Under the pieces are notes generated by a model. That model saw only the letters and a list, made by a program, of their open reading frames with translations, ran no database searches and was not told the DNA's origin. Shown piece by piece: positions 52,201 through 59,904 of a stretch of 64,000 bases of DNA. The DNA comes from a virus (taxonomy: Duplodnaviria > Caudoviricetes): the IMG/VR virus record IMGVR_UViG_3300020438_003185, positions 322 through 64,321 of that record. The stretch is one strand, 5' to 3'. How positions within the stretch are numbered: position 1 is the first letter of the stretch; each line of letters opens with the position of its first letter. Position numbers and translations under genes: made by a program.

Positions 52201-54159
52201 ACTTCCAGAAGCTCCGGGGAAGAAACCTGCAATGGAGCCACTGATAGGTATAGTTCTTGCCATTCCTGTATTTTTAATTTTGCTAACCTTGTCTTTACTG
52301 TTTGCATAGTCTCTGTCAAAATTTTGAACAGCTGTTTGATCATTTTTATTAGTAGACTTTCTTTTCTCAGCAAGAAATCTCTTTTGATCTGCAACAGTCC
52401 CTTTTTGAGACATGTTATGTAAGAAAGTATTAGATTTTGTTCTTCCTAGCATATTAGCTTTTTGTGCTGGACTACTAGCAAAAAAGAAATCCTCGTCAGT
52501 TCCGCGATCAGGAGTTTGATATCCTAATTTTTTCAAAACATTAAGATTAGTTATTTCTCCTTTGCCTGATATTCCAATTGTCCTGTCTATACCTTGTGAT
52601 GGTTGTAGGAAAAATCCACCAACTTGATTTGGGTCAACAACAATACCACCTTTAGCGTATTTATTGCTATTCATCGCCGCCAAATTAGAAGCGCCCAATT
52701 TTCCAACACTACTCTTTTTAATAACAAACTCACCGGGAGTTAACATGGCTGGAACTGTGTCTGTATTACCAGAGCCGGGAACTATACCTCCACTGTTAAA
52801 ACCACGAATAGCACCACCGCCTCCACCACCTCCACCGCCCATTACTCCACCTAAAAATCCACTAAGACCTTTAGCTAGTCTAATTGTAGCAAGTGTAGCA
52901 AGTATGGGAAGAAGTGGCTTGACAGCTTCTGCTATCTTAATCATAGCACTAGCTAGGTTTAAAGCAGAGTTAGCCATAGTTTGGAATGTGCTGGTTTCGC
53001 TAATACCTCTGATAAGCGCTAAGAACTCTTCTTTAACTTTTACAATTCTAACTGCTAACGAAGCTTGAGCTTTCGCAGCATCACCAGCTAAAGAATTAGA
53101 CCCTTCTTGTGCAACCTTAAGAGCTTCTTGTGCAACGGCGTATTCTTTGATCAAAGGCAGGACTTTACCAATCTGCCTAAATCCACCCAACTGTTCAGCA
53201 ATTTCAACAAACGTAATATCACCTTCTTGAAGCCCAGCTAAAGCTCTATTAAGTTCTCCAACAGCTCTATATGGGCCAATAAATTTACCTTCTAAATCAA
53301 CAAGTTCAACGCCAAACTTTTTTAAGTATTCTATTGTTTGAGGTCTTTGAATACGAGTAAATATAGTACGTAAACCAGTAGCAATACTTTCAGCAGATTC
53401 TCTAGTAGTTGATCTAACACTTGTGAACAGCGCGATAAGTTCATTGAGATCACCGCCAGCCTGTTTAAACACACCACCAGTTCTACGAATAGTAGCGATC
53501 AAGTCACCAGACTCAACAGCAAACTGACCAGCGACAGCATTCAAAGAACCAAGCTGGCCTTCTAATGCTCCAGCTCCTTTTTTAAACTGATTGAAGATAG
53601 CAACAGCGCCTTCAGCAGTTTGTGTAATGTTGTCAAAGGTAGGAGCAAGTTCTGATTTTGCAAGAGCATCTAGTGCGATTTTAGTTTCTCTAGCGCTTAA
53701 ACCAGCCTGAGAGAGTATTCTACTGACACCCAAGATAGACTCAGACGCAACGCCAAAGCTTGTAGAAAGCCTAGTAATCTCTTGCGTAAGACCTTTTAGA
53801 TCTTGCATAGACTTTCCAGTAACCTGAGAAATTTTAATAAGTTCTCGTTCAAAGTCTATAGCAGACCTAACCGCATTACCAAGAGTGTTAGTGAATAAGC
53901 TAACAGCCCTAGTAGCCACAGCTAAAGCTGTAAATCTTCTTAAAGAAACATTAAAACTATTACCTAGTTTTTGAGCTGACTTATCAGCATCAGTTAATGC
54001 GCTAGAAAGATTGTTGACTTGTTGCTGTGCCTTTGCCGCAGTCTGTGCCTGTATATTTACATTAACTCCCTTTAGTTGGCTTTGTATTTGATTTACAACT
54101 TGACCAACGTTATTTGGAGCTTGTAATTGCAGTTGTGCAGTTAGTACGAATTTTGACAT
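46249..54159 (-). CDS. Phage tail tape measure protein (TP901-type N-terminal core)
   Basis: AIDFEREL.KISQVT, LSQAG, IATGLRTIFTRI; long Ala/Gly-rich helical body; DTVPAMLTPGEFV twice. Confidence 0.92.
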   Translation of the reverse strand: MSKFVLTAQLQLQAPNNVGQVVNQIQSQLKGVNVNIQAQTAAKAQQQVNNLSSALTDADKSAQKLGNSFNVSLRRFTALAVATRAVSLFTNTLGNAVRSAIDFERELIKISQVTGKSMQDLKGLTQEITRLSTSFGVASESILGVSRILSQAGLSARETKIALDALAKSELAPTFDNITQTAEGAVAIFNQFKKGAGALEGQLGSLNAVAGQFAVESGDLIATIRRTGGVFKQAGGDLNELIALFTSVRSTTRESAESIATGLRTIFTRIQRPQTIEYLKKFGVELVDLEGKFIGPYRAVGELNRALAGLQEGDITFVEIAEQLGGFRQIGKVLPLIKEYAVAQEALKVAQEGSNSLAGDAAKAQASLAVRIVKVKEEFLALIRGISETSTFQTMANSALNLASAMIKIAEAVKPLLPILATLATIRLAKGLSGFLGGVMGGGGGGGGGAIRGFNSGGIVPGSGNTDTVPAMLTPGEFVIKKSSVGKLGASNLAAMNSNKYAKGGIVVDPNQVGGFFLQPSQGIDRTIGISGKGEITNLNVLKKLGYQTPDRGTDEDFFFASSPAQKANMLGRTKSNTFLHNMSQKGTVADQKRFLAEKRKSTNKNDQTAVQNFDRDYANSKDKVSKIKNTGMARTIPISGSIAGFFPGASGSINSSVASMVNEQTSVALKSATNAAAIDVNKTLDNVRPEFDLNDGMLKAAADRISQDANALATTSGFVFEGIIDAITGAKLQGDKSRWDFKGDLMAKKEGLSKMFASDSSAFSGMLKADAKRSNTPKSIASIVKKIVNDINANDQSGYTFQKFASGGAATGTDTVPAMLTPGEFVVNKKTSQSIGYDNLNQMNKVGKYAAGGIVTSRRNTYGPKTASKPATFSGAVSSGPSGASTQITTSIESWNEAVNEGTKTVKDNTDVRKKGLVGFGAMNEGLIATSMALSFMTPVIDENSSSLERFGANMISSFSQLANVSLALSGTFSLLQTQMKGNIIADMFKGLNLKDMGKFLGGGGKLVNRAGTAARAVGTKAGLGAANAEGVVVATRAVASMAGPAIVATGSIFALTAVIDSLTDRATKLDNAIKDGNAAAAESIAFEKEGASAVNKLAIGFAAIGSFIPGIGPIFAGLTAAAIKLGSELPILGPMIKTTAMSLGYWMGGKSITTIKLEAGARAQAVKTQEALTNANKEATAAMRQFKEGNLSAIDAMKRLDPDAATVQASADRSSARVKSIEENDKSGPVSGFGRGFARVATFGVAGMMGMESGGQRNERLSKDQEAIKADQDKVDKDFLRSSQPLTDNVMRQTANTNGSFEQYKNSLSKDTREAMERQGQFDKREDPETGEMTKDSIQMEAFENLKKEADRVRESFAAMNLAMQSATAAANAGVLAIDNYTRSQELGSNTLDSTIPTLEASITSAAQGISPDQFNSSLDNASKTLENLGANSEQIDKFRGNLTAVNAAQANMPAIFEATKKSMKEAFKSGRQAAGTMGERRSAFANATGDALTKQGVDEKSVERLKKQIEGSDISDDQMKRVSEGDFSAFEEVIQKVGDNAMKQVLPALKAQAEAQKKLLTFTKARLDLEKKLIETKQRSIDLETEALKIQSEFGGASFTPEVQQQQLLKRSNVGVEGIKGVGSQSGIGAGDFKSRIDQLSNRRAEISSVRTDLAEGKSNEQARGKSGVEMSDELGRIDSALKEEYNSIKAAIDIRKQELSIIKEKNANEKAAADALIAGDDEAFFDKMGTAGAQAAIATGDKSLMNQFGPQALGMAAQENRRLQESGVDSLYGQKLSGPDGLTERSFGASFGAMGVDAPDLAKIAAGSTNEEAAKESEIRELAGVLPDLGKAMVDAAARDLEIAQKQEDAAQKQYDAAVLRTKEAMNAGEEAKNTAEVNTKVANINTDKVSESGDAASTGAKDGAGGAGGAGGGGIIGAIKGIFGMGGGAVANAGNMAKNAIGMGKNFVQSGGAGNLASRIGTEGGEILSRVGSRIGQTGIGKNFTAGRSLTRSVMGGVDNVPRPAGIMQKAGGMFERLNQASYGDDFAPSMMKRGQNLLNAGKNKAGSFFGDMATSFGVGKHGYGLEGMSRSGKPGVVNRASNFAGQTMRKVGQSQFGQKAAQFGSNLYQKGSNFLGGARNMAGNMGGGLMEMAEKNAPGLMQKGRNAIGAGKNFFQNTAPQMMNASSQYLQKNAPGMLQSGKKMLQQGTEFVGSKMGNLSKMKIPGLDKIGPSIMKSLSKLPMLGKMASSGAKGIPGLGTALDGIMEAGSFISDPKAYHEDKKEKTGRDFGGMMDSWGVGFLKTGTQFDAALATVLGGLEGFLNPVGKIVEGFYNIVGGAGDLVTLVKSSLDVAAAEERTSASMSETSNKRAAAVGLEGGTESFEKLGALDKSAANQRANMLFRRNEANAAGGDRSKFLSSTGMSEEDFTNTYGKDASMKDVKEQEQQMIDTDIKGRQDTRNRESYFYGSGESSDFDKGVKEQLAIRQAEKDQAASTPEATSATESQAESQKQAAEATKEVAKETKEVKEQQSKSPSTSTSVAAPTQRAAEAQAGVASGAGLDPEVMERFSSALSKFNTDLSANIDRLENTSIKITLDNTNVSVNINDGGILARLENLMGNVVKQKVVEELSKTSRNPDGSPRQTDSKMG

Positions 54160-54189
54160 ATGTTAAACTCACTAGCCACACTCTATCCG

Positions 54190-55083
54190 TTAGCTGTCCG
54201 CGCTTGCTTCTTTTTTCTTGGCTTTTGTTTTTCTTTTGGGCGTAACCTTCTCTTCTGTCTTTTTAACTTGCTTTCCAGTGTCGTCAACATACTTAAGGGG
54301 TGAAACATAATTTCCATCCTCATCAAGTTTATTTCCGTCTTTGTCTACCCTACCGCCATCGTTATCAACATACTGTCCCAAGCTGTTAATTCTGTTACCG
54401 TCTAAATCAACGGTCTCTCCCTTGTCATTAACAAGTGATAATTCATCATTAACAAAATTAAACTCCTTTAAGAATTTATTTTCTGGAAGATTAGCTTCAA
54501 AATCTTTATCTATAGAATACATCATTTGAGCTAAAGCGTTAGCAGCAGCAAAAGCGATCTCACTATCAGACTGTGAAGTATAATCATCTAATGTTTTATA
54601 CACCAATTCCCCATCAGCGTCATACGTGGAGTTAGCAACCAAAAAGTCAAAACGAGAGTTGTCTGAAAGCGAATCAGCAGTATTAGACTCTAGCGCCATT
54701 CTTTCAGAAATAAGCTCTCTTAGCTCTGATCTTTTCTGCCTCATCTCTATGGCTATGTCCTTAGCGTCAGAAGCTTTCATGGTTTTTTGAGAGTTCTTTC
54801 CAAGGTACAATTTTTTCTCTAGAGCTACAATGTCTTTAGTAATTTGATCTTGCTCTGAGTCTTTCTGCTTATCCCAGATACCTTGCTGTCGCATAAACTT
54901 GGCAAGTTCTTTCTTAGTCATAATGCCGTCCCTGACACAATCAGTCCAAGCCTTAGCTGCGACTCTTTGAGCTTTTGACATGAGATCACTAGGCGGTCTC
55001 TTAACAACAATCTTAACCGTCCTTTCTTCTCCTCCGTCTTCCTCAATTTTAACGTCTAGGTTTTTAGTTTTTTCCTTAATCAT
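54190..55083 (-). CDS. Hypothetical protein, possible tail assembly chaperone
   Basis: Immediately upstream of the tape measure; helical with a C-terminal D.DG repeat; AGGAG RBS. Confidence 0.6.
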   Translation of the reverse strand: MIKEKTKNLDVKIEEDGGEERTVKIVVKRPPSDLMSKAQRVAAKAWTDCVRDGIMTKKELAKFMRQQGIWDKQKDSEQDQITKDIVALEKKLYLGKNSQKTMKASDAKDIAIEMRQKRSELRELISERMALESNTADSLSDNSRFDFLVANSTYDADGELVYKTLDDYTSQSDSEIAFAAANALAQMMYSIDKDFEANLPENKFLKEFNFVNDELSLVNDKGETVDLDGNRINSLGQYVDNDGGRVDKDGNKLDEDGNYVSPLKYVDDTGKQVKKTEEKVTPKRKTKAKKKEASADS

Positions 55084-55086
55084 ATC

Positions 55087-55440
55087 CTACTCCTCTTTTT
55101 GTGTAACGGGCATTGTTATTTGATACTTTAACCACTTCACATCATATTGAGACAACTCAGCATCAATATTTCTAGCTTGGTGATTACCTTTGTCTAAAAT
55201 CTGTGATCTTACTTTATCATAAAGATCTTTCATCAACTGTTTTTGTTCTGCGGATTGATCGTCAGACTCCCAGAGGAAACCAAAGCTTTCCTCTATAGTA
55301 CTCAAAGCCCCAATCATAGTCGTCTGTATTTTCTTTTTAAGAATTTTAGAAAGTCTATCTTTAGAACCTTGGGCATATTTATCGTCCCTGTTCTTTTTAT
55401 AGCTTTCTCTGTTTCTTCTCATTTCCTCGAAATTTTCCAT
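55087..55440 (-). CDS. Hypothetical protein
   Basis: 117-aa helical ORF in the tube-to-TMP interval. Confidence 0.7.
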   Translation of the reverse strand: MENFEEMRRNRESYKKNRDDKYAQGSKDRLSKILKKKIQTTMIGALSTIEESFGFLWESDDQSAEQKQLMKDLYDKVRSQILDKGNHQARNIDAELSQYDVKWLKYQITMPVTQKEE

Positions 55441-55444
55441 AATA

Positions 55445-56470
55445 CTATTTCCTTTTCTTCATTTCTTCATACATCTGTTTAGTGAGATTTCTCTGCACAT
55501 CTGGAAGTTTTATTCTATCTACAGCTCCTTCTTTTCCTACATAAGACAATCTTTCGTCTCGTATGTAAACGCTTTGTTCATCATTCATATTAGTGATAGC
55601 TTTAACCTTTTCTTTATCTGTGGGGTTTGCCATTACAAACACTTCATCTTTTCCAGCATTAGAGCCAAGCGTTGAATCTACATCCTTTTCTTTTTTATCT
55701 TTTTCTCGTTTTTTAGTTTGTACTATAAACCAACCGTCTAACATGTCATCGTCTTTTATAACTTCTTCAGATGGAGCTTCCATATGTTCTTGTATGTTAT
55801 CGTAAAGCTTAGACCATATAACCAAATTCTTTTGGCTAAAGGTTAATTCTTTAAAGCCGTCTTGTATAAATAATGGGCAACTTGAAACATCTCTATTTGA
55901 CCAAATGGTTTTCCAAGGCTCATTTCTCGCCAAGTCTCTTATTTCAGATTCTTGTAAATTAAGATCTGACCAATAACCAATAGCATCGTTAAGAGAGTAT
56001 TCTTCAAAATTGTAAAGATGATTATCTTTATACGTGGTCTGACTAATTAGATAGGATGTCTTTTCTAGTCCTGATAATCCTTCACAAGTATTTGTAAAAT
56101 AACTAGTTTTAGTTGCGTTTTTACTGCCTAAAAGTTGTTTAGTAACTTGTAATATTTTTTTAAGACGACGTACTTCTTTTTTATCATAACGATTATTATA
56201 GATGTCTACTTTTGACTGATCTATTGCTTCTCTGAGTTTCTTTACCTCATCGTCGTCTGTTTTATGCCATAAGCCCTCCGATTTCATCCATCCTATCATA
56301 TCCCTTTCAGTCATAACGCCTTGTGATTTTAATTCATCAAAGCTTTCTTTATATACTGTAGCCGCTTCTAAACATTGTTCTATAGTTGGTGGTATTATCT
56401 TTAAACCATTTTTAACAATTATACCAGAACGTATAGTATAAATTAAAAGCTCCCGCATATGTTGTTCCAT
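55445..56470 (-). CDS. Hypothetical protein, possible tail assembly chaperone
   Basis: 341-aa helical ORF between the tube and TMP genes; P.EEVI.DD..LDGW motif. Confidence 0.65.
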   Translation of the reverse strand: MEQHMRELLIYTIRSGIIVKNGLKIIPPTIEQCLEAATVYKESFDELKSQGVMTERDMIGWMKSEGLWHKTDDDEVKKLREAIDQSKVDIYNNRYDKKEVRRLKKILQVTKQLLGSKNATKTSYFTNTCEGLSGLEKTSYLISQTTYKDNHLYNFEEYSLNDAIGYWSDLNLQESEIRDLARNEPWKTIWSNRDVSSCPLFIQDGFKELTFSQKNLVIWSKLYDNIQEHMEAPSEEVIKDDDMLDGWFIVQTKKREKDKKEKDVDSTLGSNAGKDEVFVMANPTDKEKVKAITNMNDEQSVYIRDERLSYVGKEGAVDRIKLPDVQRNLTKQMYEEMKKRK

Positions 56471-56498
56471 AACAAAACCTCATTTACGGGAGCTTCAT
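56447..56498 (-). promoter_or_regulatory. RBS/start-sequestering hairpin with an upstream mini-ORF (MKLP*)
   Basis: AAGCTCCCG (56447-55) and CGGGAGCTT (56487-95) form an inverted repeat enclosing GAGG and ATG 56470; uORF at 56498-56484. Confidence 0.55.
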
Positions 56499-56541
56499 AG
56501 AGTTGTTTCCTTTATCGTCCTGAATATTACTTATTCAGAAA

Positions 56542-56853
56542 CTATTCATCTTGTACATCAAGATTGTTAGCAACAAAGTCCAGATCAAAAGAGAACGTGT
56601 AGGTTCTTTTTAGGACATTGTTTGAAAGTGTTTGAGTTTGCGCGCTGCTTACTTTAGCAGAATCGCCGCTACCAATAACCTTATTGAAGTGATCACAAAG
56701 ATTAAAAATAATCTCCGAGCCGTCACCTGCCGTTACATCGGCTGATACCAAACCCGTATTATCTACAAGTACAGCACTAAGAGTGCTGCCCGCAGTAGAT
56801 TGATTAAAAACGCCGCTGCCACCAGATGCGTTAAATGCTTCGATTACTGACAT
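56542..56853 (-). CDS. Small putative structural protein
   Basis: 103 aa, AAGGAG RBS, follows the tube gene. Confidence 0.7.
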   Translation of the reverse strand: MSVIEAFNASGGSGVFNQSTAGSTLSAVLVDNTGLVSADVTAGDGSEIIFNLCDHFNKVIGSGDSAKVSSAQTQTLSNNVLKRTYTFSFDLDFVANNLDVQDE

Positions 56854-56884
56854 GTTTAATTCTCCTTATTTATTTTTGAGCTTA

Positions 56885-57796
56885 TTAAGCGTAGACAAAA
56901 TTATTGTATCCTGTGTATGAATAGGAAACTGTAGCGTTTCCACCAGAAGCGTCACCGCCACTGTAATTCATGCCAGTACATCGACCAGAAATACCAACGT
57001 TACCAGTGCTACCACCAGCGGTATATGAGATTTTAATGGCTGAATCAGCAGACTGAACATCAGTAGTCTGACCATCACTGAAATTCAAAAGACCGTGATT
57101 AAGATTAGCTGCAACAGCGTTATAACTAACTTCTGCGCTACACTCAACTGGAAAGCTAGCTGCTCTAAAGTAAGGAGTCTTACTGCCAAACTCTAGCAAA
57201 TCTTCTCTACCAAAGTCGATGCTAACTGTAGCACTTTGTACTTTACCTGATTGATTTGCAATACCAGCAGCAGAAAGAGATAAATTTTGCCTCTTAGCTA
57301 CAGTAGCAGTCCCTGCTGCTTTAGTCAGGGTGAGAGTCTCTGCTCCCCAAGCCTGATGATTACCAACAACAGTGATTGTATCACTAGATGTACCATCTGT
57401 AGAGAAGTTAGCACTGTAATTAGACATATAAACACCAGTGCATTCTACACCAATGGTCCCTGCGCCTGTTTCGTGAACACTTTTCGTGTCGTCTACAACA
57501 CAAAGAGTGACTGATTTTCTCAGTGTTGCTACCTCTGTAATGGACTTATTCGCACCAGCGTATAGGCCATAAAGGTTGCTCGCACTATCAAAAACCCTCT
57601 CAATAGTAAGCTCAACCTCTGGCGTACCTTCGATATTCTCATAAATTTCAATCTGACCAAGCTGGAAAACCTGTTCTAGACCAAACGTGGAATTCACGCC
57701 AACGGACTGAACGCCGGTTAGGGCTGCTGTTGCATTACCGTCTTTTGCACCAAAACCTACTGCTTGGCAAGCGTAAAATATTCTATTTGTTGCCAT
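56885..57796 (-). CDS. Putative major tail (tube) protein
   Basis: 303 aa, beta-rich with two similar halves (GVQSVG...EQVFQLG / VQSATVS...EDLLEFG); strong RBS; position before the chaperone-like genes and TMP. Confidence 0.65.
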   Translation of the reverse strand: MATNRIFYACQAVGFGAKDGNATAALTGVQSVGVNSTFGLEQVFQLGQIEIYENIEGTPEVELTIERVFDSASNLYGLYAGANKSITEVATLRKSVTLCVVDDTKSVHETGAGTIGVECTGVYMSNYSANFSTDGTSSDTITVVGNHQAWGAETLTLTKAAGTATVAKRQNLSLSAAGIANQSGKVQSATVSIDFGREDLLEFGSKTPYFRAASFPVECSAEVSYNAVAANLNHGLLNFSDGQTTDVQSADSAIKISYTAGGSTGNVGISGRCTGMNYSGGDASGGNATVSYSYTGYNNFVYA

Positions 57797-57832
57797 TATT
57801 TTTTCTCCTGTTATGATAAAGGAAACTCTAAA

Positions 57833-57848
57833 TACATATACACAAAAA
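57833..57848 (-). promoter_or_regulatory. Candidate phage late promoter TTTTTGTGTATATGTA
   Basis: Intergenic, upstream of the tube gene; matches 22872-22889. Confidence 0.5.
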
Positions 57849-57850
57849 CG

Positions 57851-58807
57851 CTAAATGTTTGTATTGATCGTCTCTAGCGTTGATCTGACGATTCCAGCGT
57901 AAAAATTAGTGTTTATCAGCTCCATGCCCTGCACGTTTGAGTTCTTAAACATAGCAGTTTTTGAAGTCCCATAATCTTCTAATATATCAGGATATCTCAA
58001 TGCTCCAGACACTGGAACGCCTCGATAATCCATTGGAAAAGCGCCACTTTCCGCTAACGTGTCGTTATCAAACAGTTGAAAAACTTTATCATTTTGGAAA
58101 GAAACTATGTCTACAAGGGTATTCCTCATAGTATCAGTCTCTGCCAAACAGTGAAATAACACATCAGTCATAATCCATTGACCACCACCAAACTGGTAGG
58201 GGGCCATAGTTCGTCTAGGAACCACTTCTATAGCAATAGCGGGTAGCTGCACCTTCATTTCGGAAGGAAGGGTAAAATCCGTATTATCTATAGCATTGAG
58301 GTCTAAACTCCTATATTGTATCTCTCTTAGCCAAGGTAAAGAATTAGCATATATAACATTTATATATTTATAACTATGTTCTGCCTGTACCTTACTATCC
58401 GTTGGTAAAGCGTTATCAAATACCACTCTACCATTAAAGTAATCTACATGATGAGCGTATGTACCAGTTGTATCTGAGGGGTAAAATGTATCATTTACAT
58501 AAACTCCAGAGACTCCCGGTATAGCATTGTCAGAGCCAACAAGTGGAGCTGGAGAATGATTTATCCCAGACTGCCAAACCCAGTTCTTCCTAAACCCCTC
58601 CCAAGCCCTGCCGCTGGCGTAGCTTTGAGTGTTGGATAAAGTAAGCTTACTGTAATCTTGACCGTTAGAAGAAGTCTCTCCCAACTCAGCGTTGAAGTAA
58701 TTGCCCTTTTCTAACAAACCCCAATCAAAGAACTCTACTAAATTATCTTGTAGTTCATTGTTTAGCGTCGTTTCAAAGACATCGTTAAATCCTTTTAAAT
58801 AACTCAC
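57851..58807 (-). CDS. Putative tail terminator/completion protein
   Basis: VQLPAIAIE...DVLFHCLAE...RNTLVD pattern; directly before the tube gene. Confidence 0.55.
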   Translation of the reverse strand: MSYLKGFNDVFETTLNNELQDNLVEFFDWGLLEKGNYFNAELGETSSNGQDYSKLTLSNTQSYASGRAWEGFRKNWVWQSGINHSPAPLVGSDNAIPGVSGVYVNDTFYPSDTTGTYAHHVDYFNGRVVFDNALPTDSKVQAEHSYKYINVIYANSLPWLREIQYRSLDLNAIDNTDFTLPSEMKVQLPAIAIEVVPRRTMAPYQFGGGQWIMTDVLFHCLAETDTMRNTLVDIVSFQNDKVFQLFDNDTLAESGAFPMDYRGVPVSGALRYPDILEDYGTSKTAMFKNSNVQGMELINTNFYAGIVRSTLETINTNI

Positions 58808-59421
58808 TGGAACACCTGCTGAAATATATTGGTAATAAACTGCTCAGACTCTTTACTAATTAAAGCTCTTGTAATAAAGTTATTATCTATTGTACCAGCA
58901 AATTCTGGTGGTACTCTAAAAGAAGCTCCCTTTTCCATTGTCCCCAAACCAGAACGACCTACGCCAGCTCCCGGTACATATTCATAGTTTATTACTATGG
59001 TTGTATCTCCTAAAGTAAGAAGCCACTTAAGCCAATGTAAATCTCCTTTTTCGTAAACCACATGGCCTTCTGGTAAAGATAAAATATCTGCCAGTTCATA
59101 AGGCTGAACATTTATATCTATACCACCACCTTTTAATTTATCATCATAAGTTTTAACACTAACTCTTACAGAATTAATTACGGATTGTCTAATAGCATCT
59201 ACGCTGTTGTTGGGGTCTACTAATCCAAAGGCTCCTCTAAGATAACCACCTACTAAAGATTGAACTTCAGGTTGATTCATAATAGCAGAAGACACAAAAG
59301 GAACTATTTGACTTTGAATCTTTGGGCCATAATTTCTGATTTTTTTGTTAACCTCTTCTGCCAATGCTTTGTTAATCTTTGATTCTATTTGGGCCGTACT
59401 ATCTAATAATTTAATATACAT
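58804..59421 (-). CDS. Putative neck/tail-completion protein
   Basis: Start MYIKLL at a TAATG overlap; GT..NNFITRAL C-terminus resembling HK97 gp10-type proteins. Confidence 0.5.
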   Translation of the reverse strand: MYIKLLDSTAQIESKINKALAEEVNKKIRNYGPKIQSQIVPFVSSAIMNQPEVQSLVGGYLRGAFGLVDPNNSVDAIRQSVINSVRVSVKTYDDKLKGGGIDINVQPYELADILSLPEGHVVYEKGDLHWLKWLLTLGDTTIVINYEYVPGAGVGRSGLGTMEKGASFRVPPEFAGTIDNNFITRALISKESEQFITNIFQQVFQ

Positions 59422-59903
59422 TATGACCGTTTCCAAATCATTCCAAAATATCTATCTTGTTTTAATCCTAGTGGAATGAATTCGCCATCTGGAACAAACC
59501 TAAGTTCTTTTTTATCCTTAATATCTTTGTGAACAATAAGTTCTTTAGCTCTTAGAACAGATGCTAAATCGGACATTTTGCCAACGATTTGTACAGCAGA
59601 GTCTGGAACCTGCATAGAATCTGTTACTCCAACCCATTGTTTCTGATCCCAATAAACTTTGAGTTTAATGTCTGTTAAGACTTCTACTTCTTTAATAGTC
59701 TTAGTGCCAACATTTCTGTCTCCACCGCCCCTTCTGTGATCATTAATTGTATTTACATCTGGTAGATTATTGTCAGGATTGTAAACGATTTCTTCTCTTT
59801 TTTCTATAGACACCAACTGACATGTGACACCAAAAATGTCAAAAGTAGAGTCGAGAACATCGTAGTATTTATCAAATACATCTTGGTTTATTGAAAGAGC
59901 CAT
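59421..59903 (-). CDS. Putative head closure (stopper) protein
   Basis: 160 aa, beta-rich; synteny. Confidence 0.5.
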   Translation of the reverse strand: MALSINQDVFDKYYDVLDSTFDIFGVTCQLVSIEKREEIVYNPDNNLPDVNTINDHRRGGGDRNVGTKTIKEVEVLTDIKLKVYWDQKQWVGVTDSMQVPDSAVQIVGKMSDLASVLRAKELIVHKDIKDKKELRFVPDGEFIPLGLKQDRYFGMIWKRS

Positions 59904-59904
59904 G

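Noticed and set aside
45822-53068. Numerous + strand ORFs opposite the TMP and giant protein
   Set aside because: Antisense shadows of Ala/Gly-rich coding sequence, with no recognisable motifs.
22019-57827. GATA(A/T)AGGAAAC seen at about 22019 (+), 56505 (-) and 57816 (+)
   Set aside because: Short, purine-rich and RBS-like with inconsistent orientation relative to genes; cannot be distinguished from chance without statistics.
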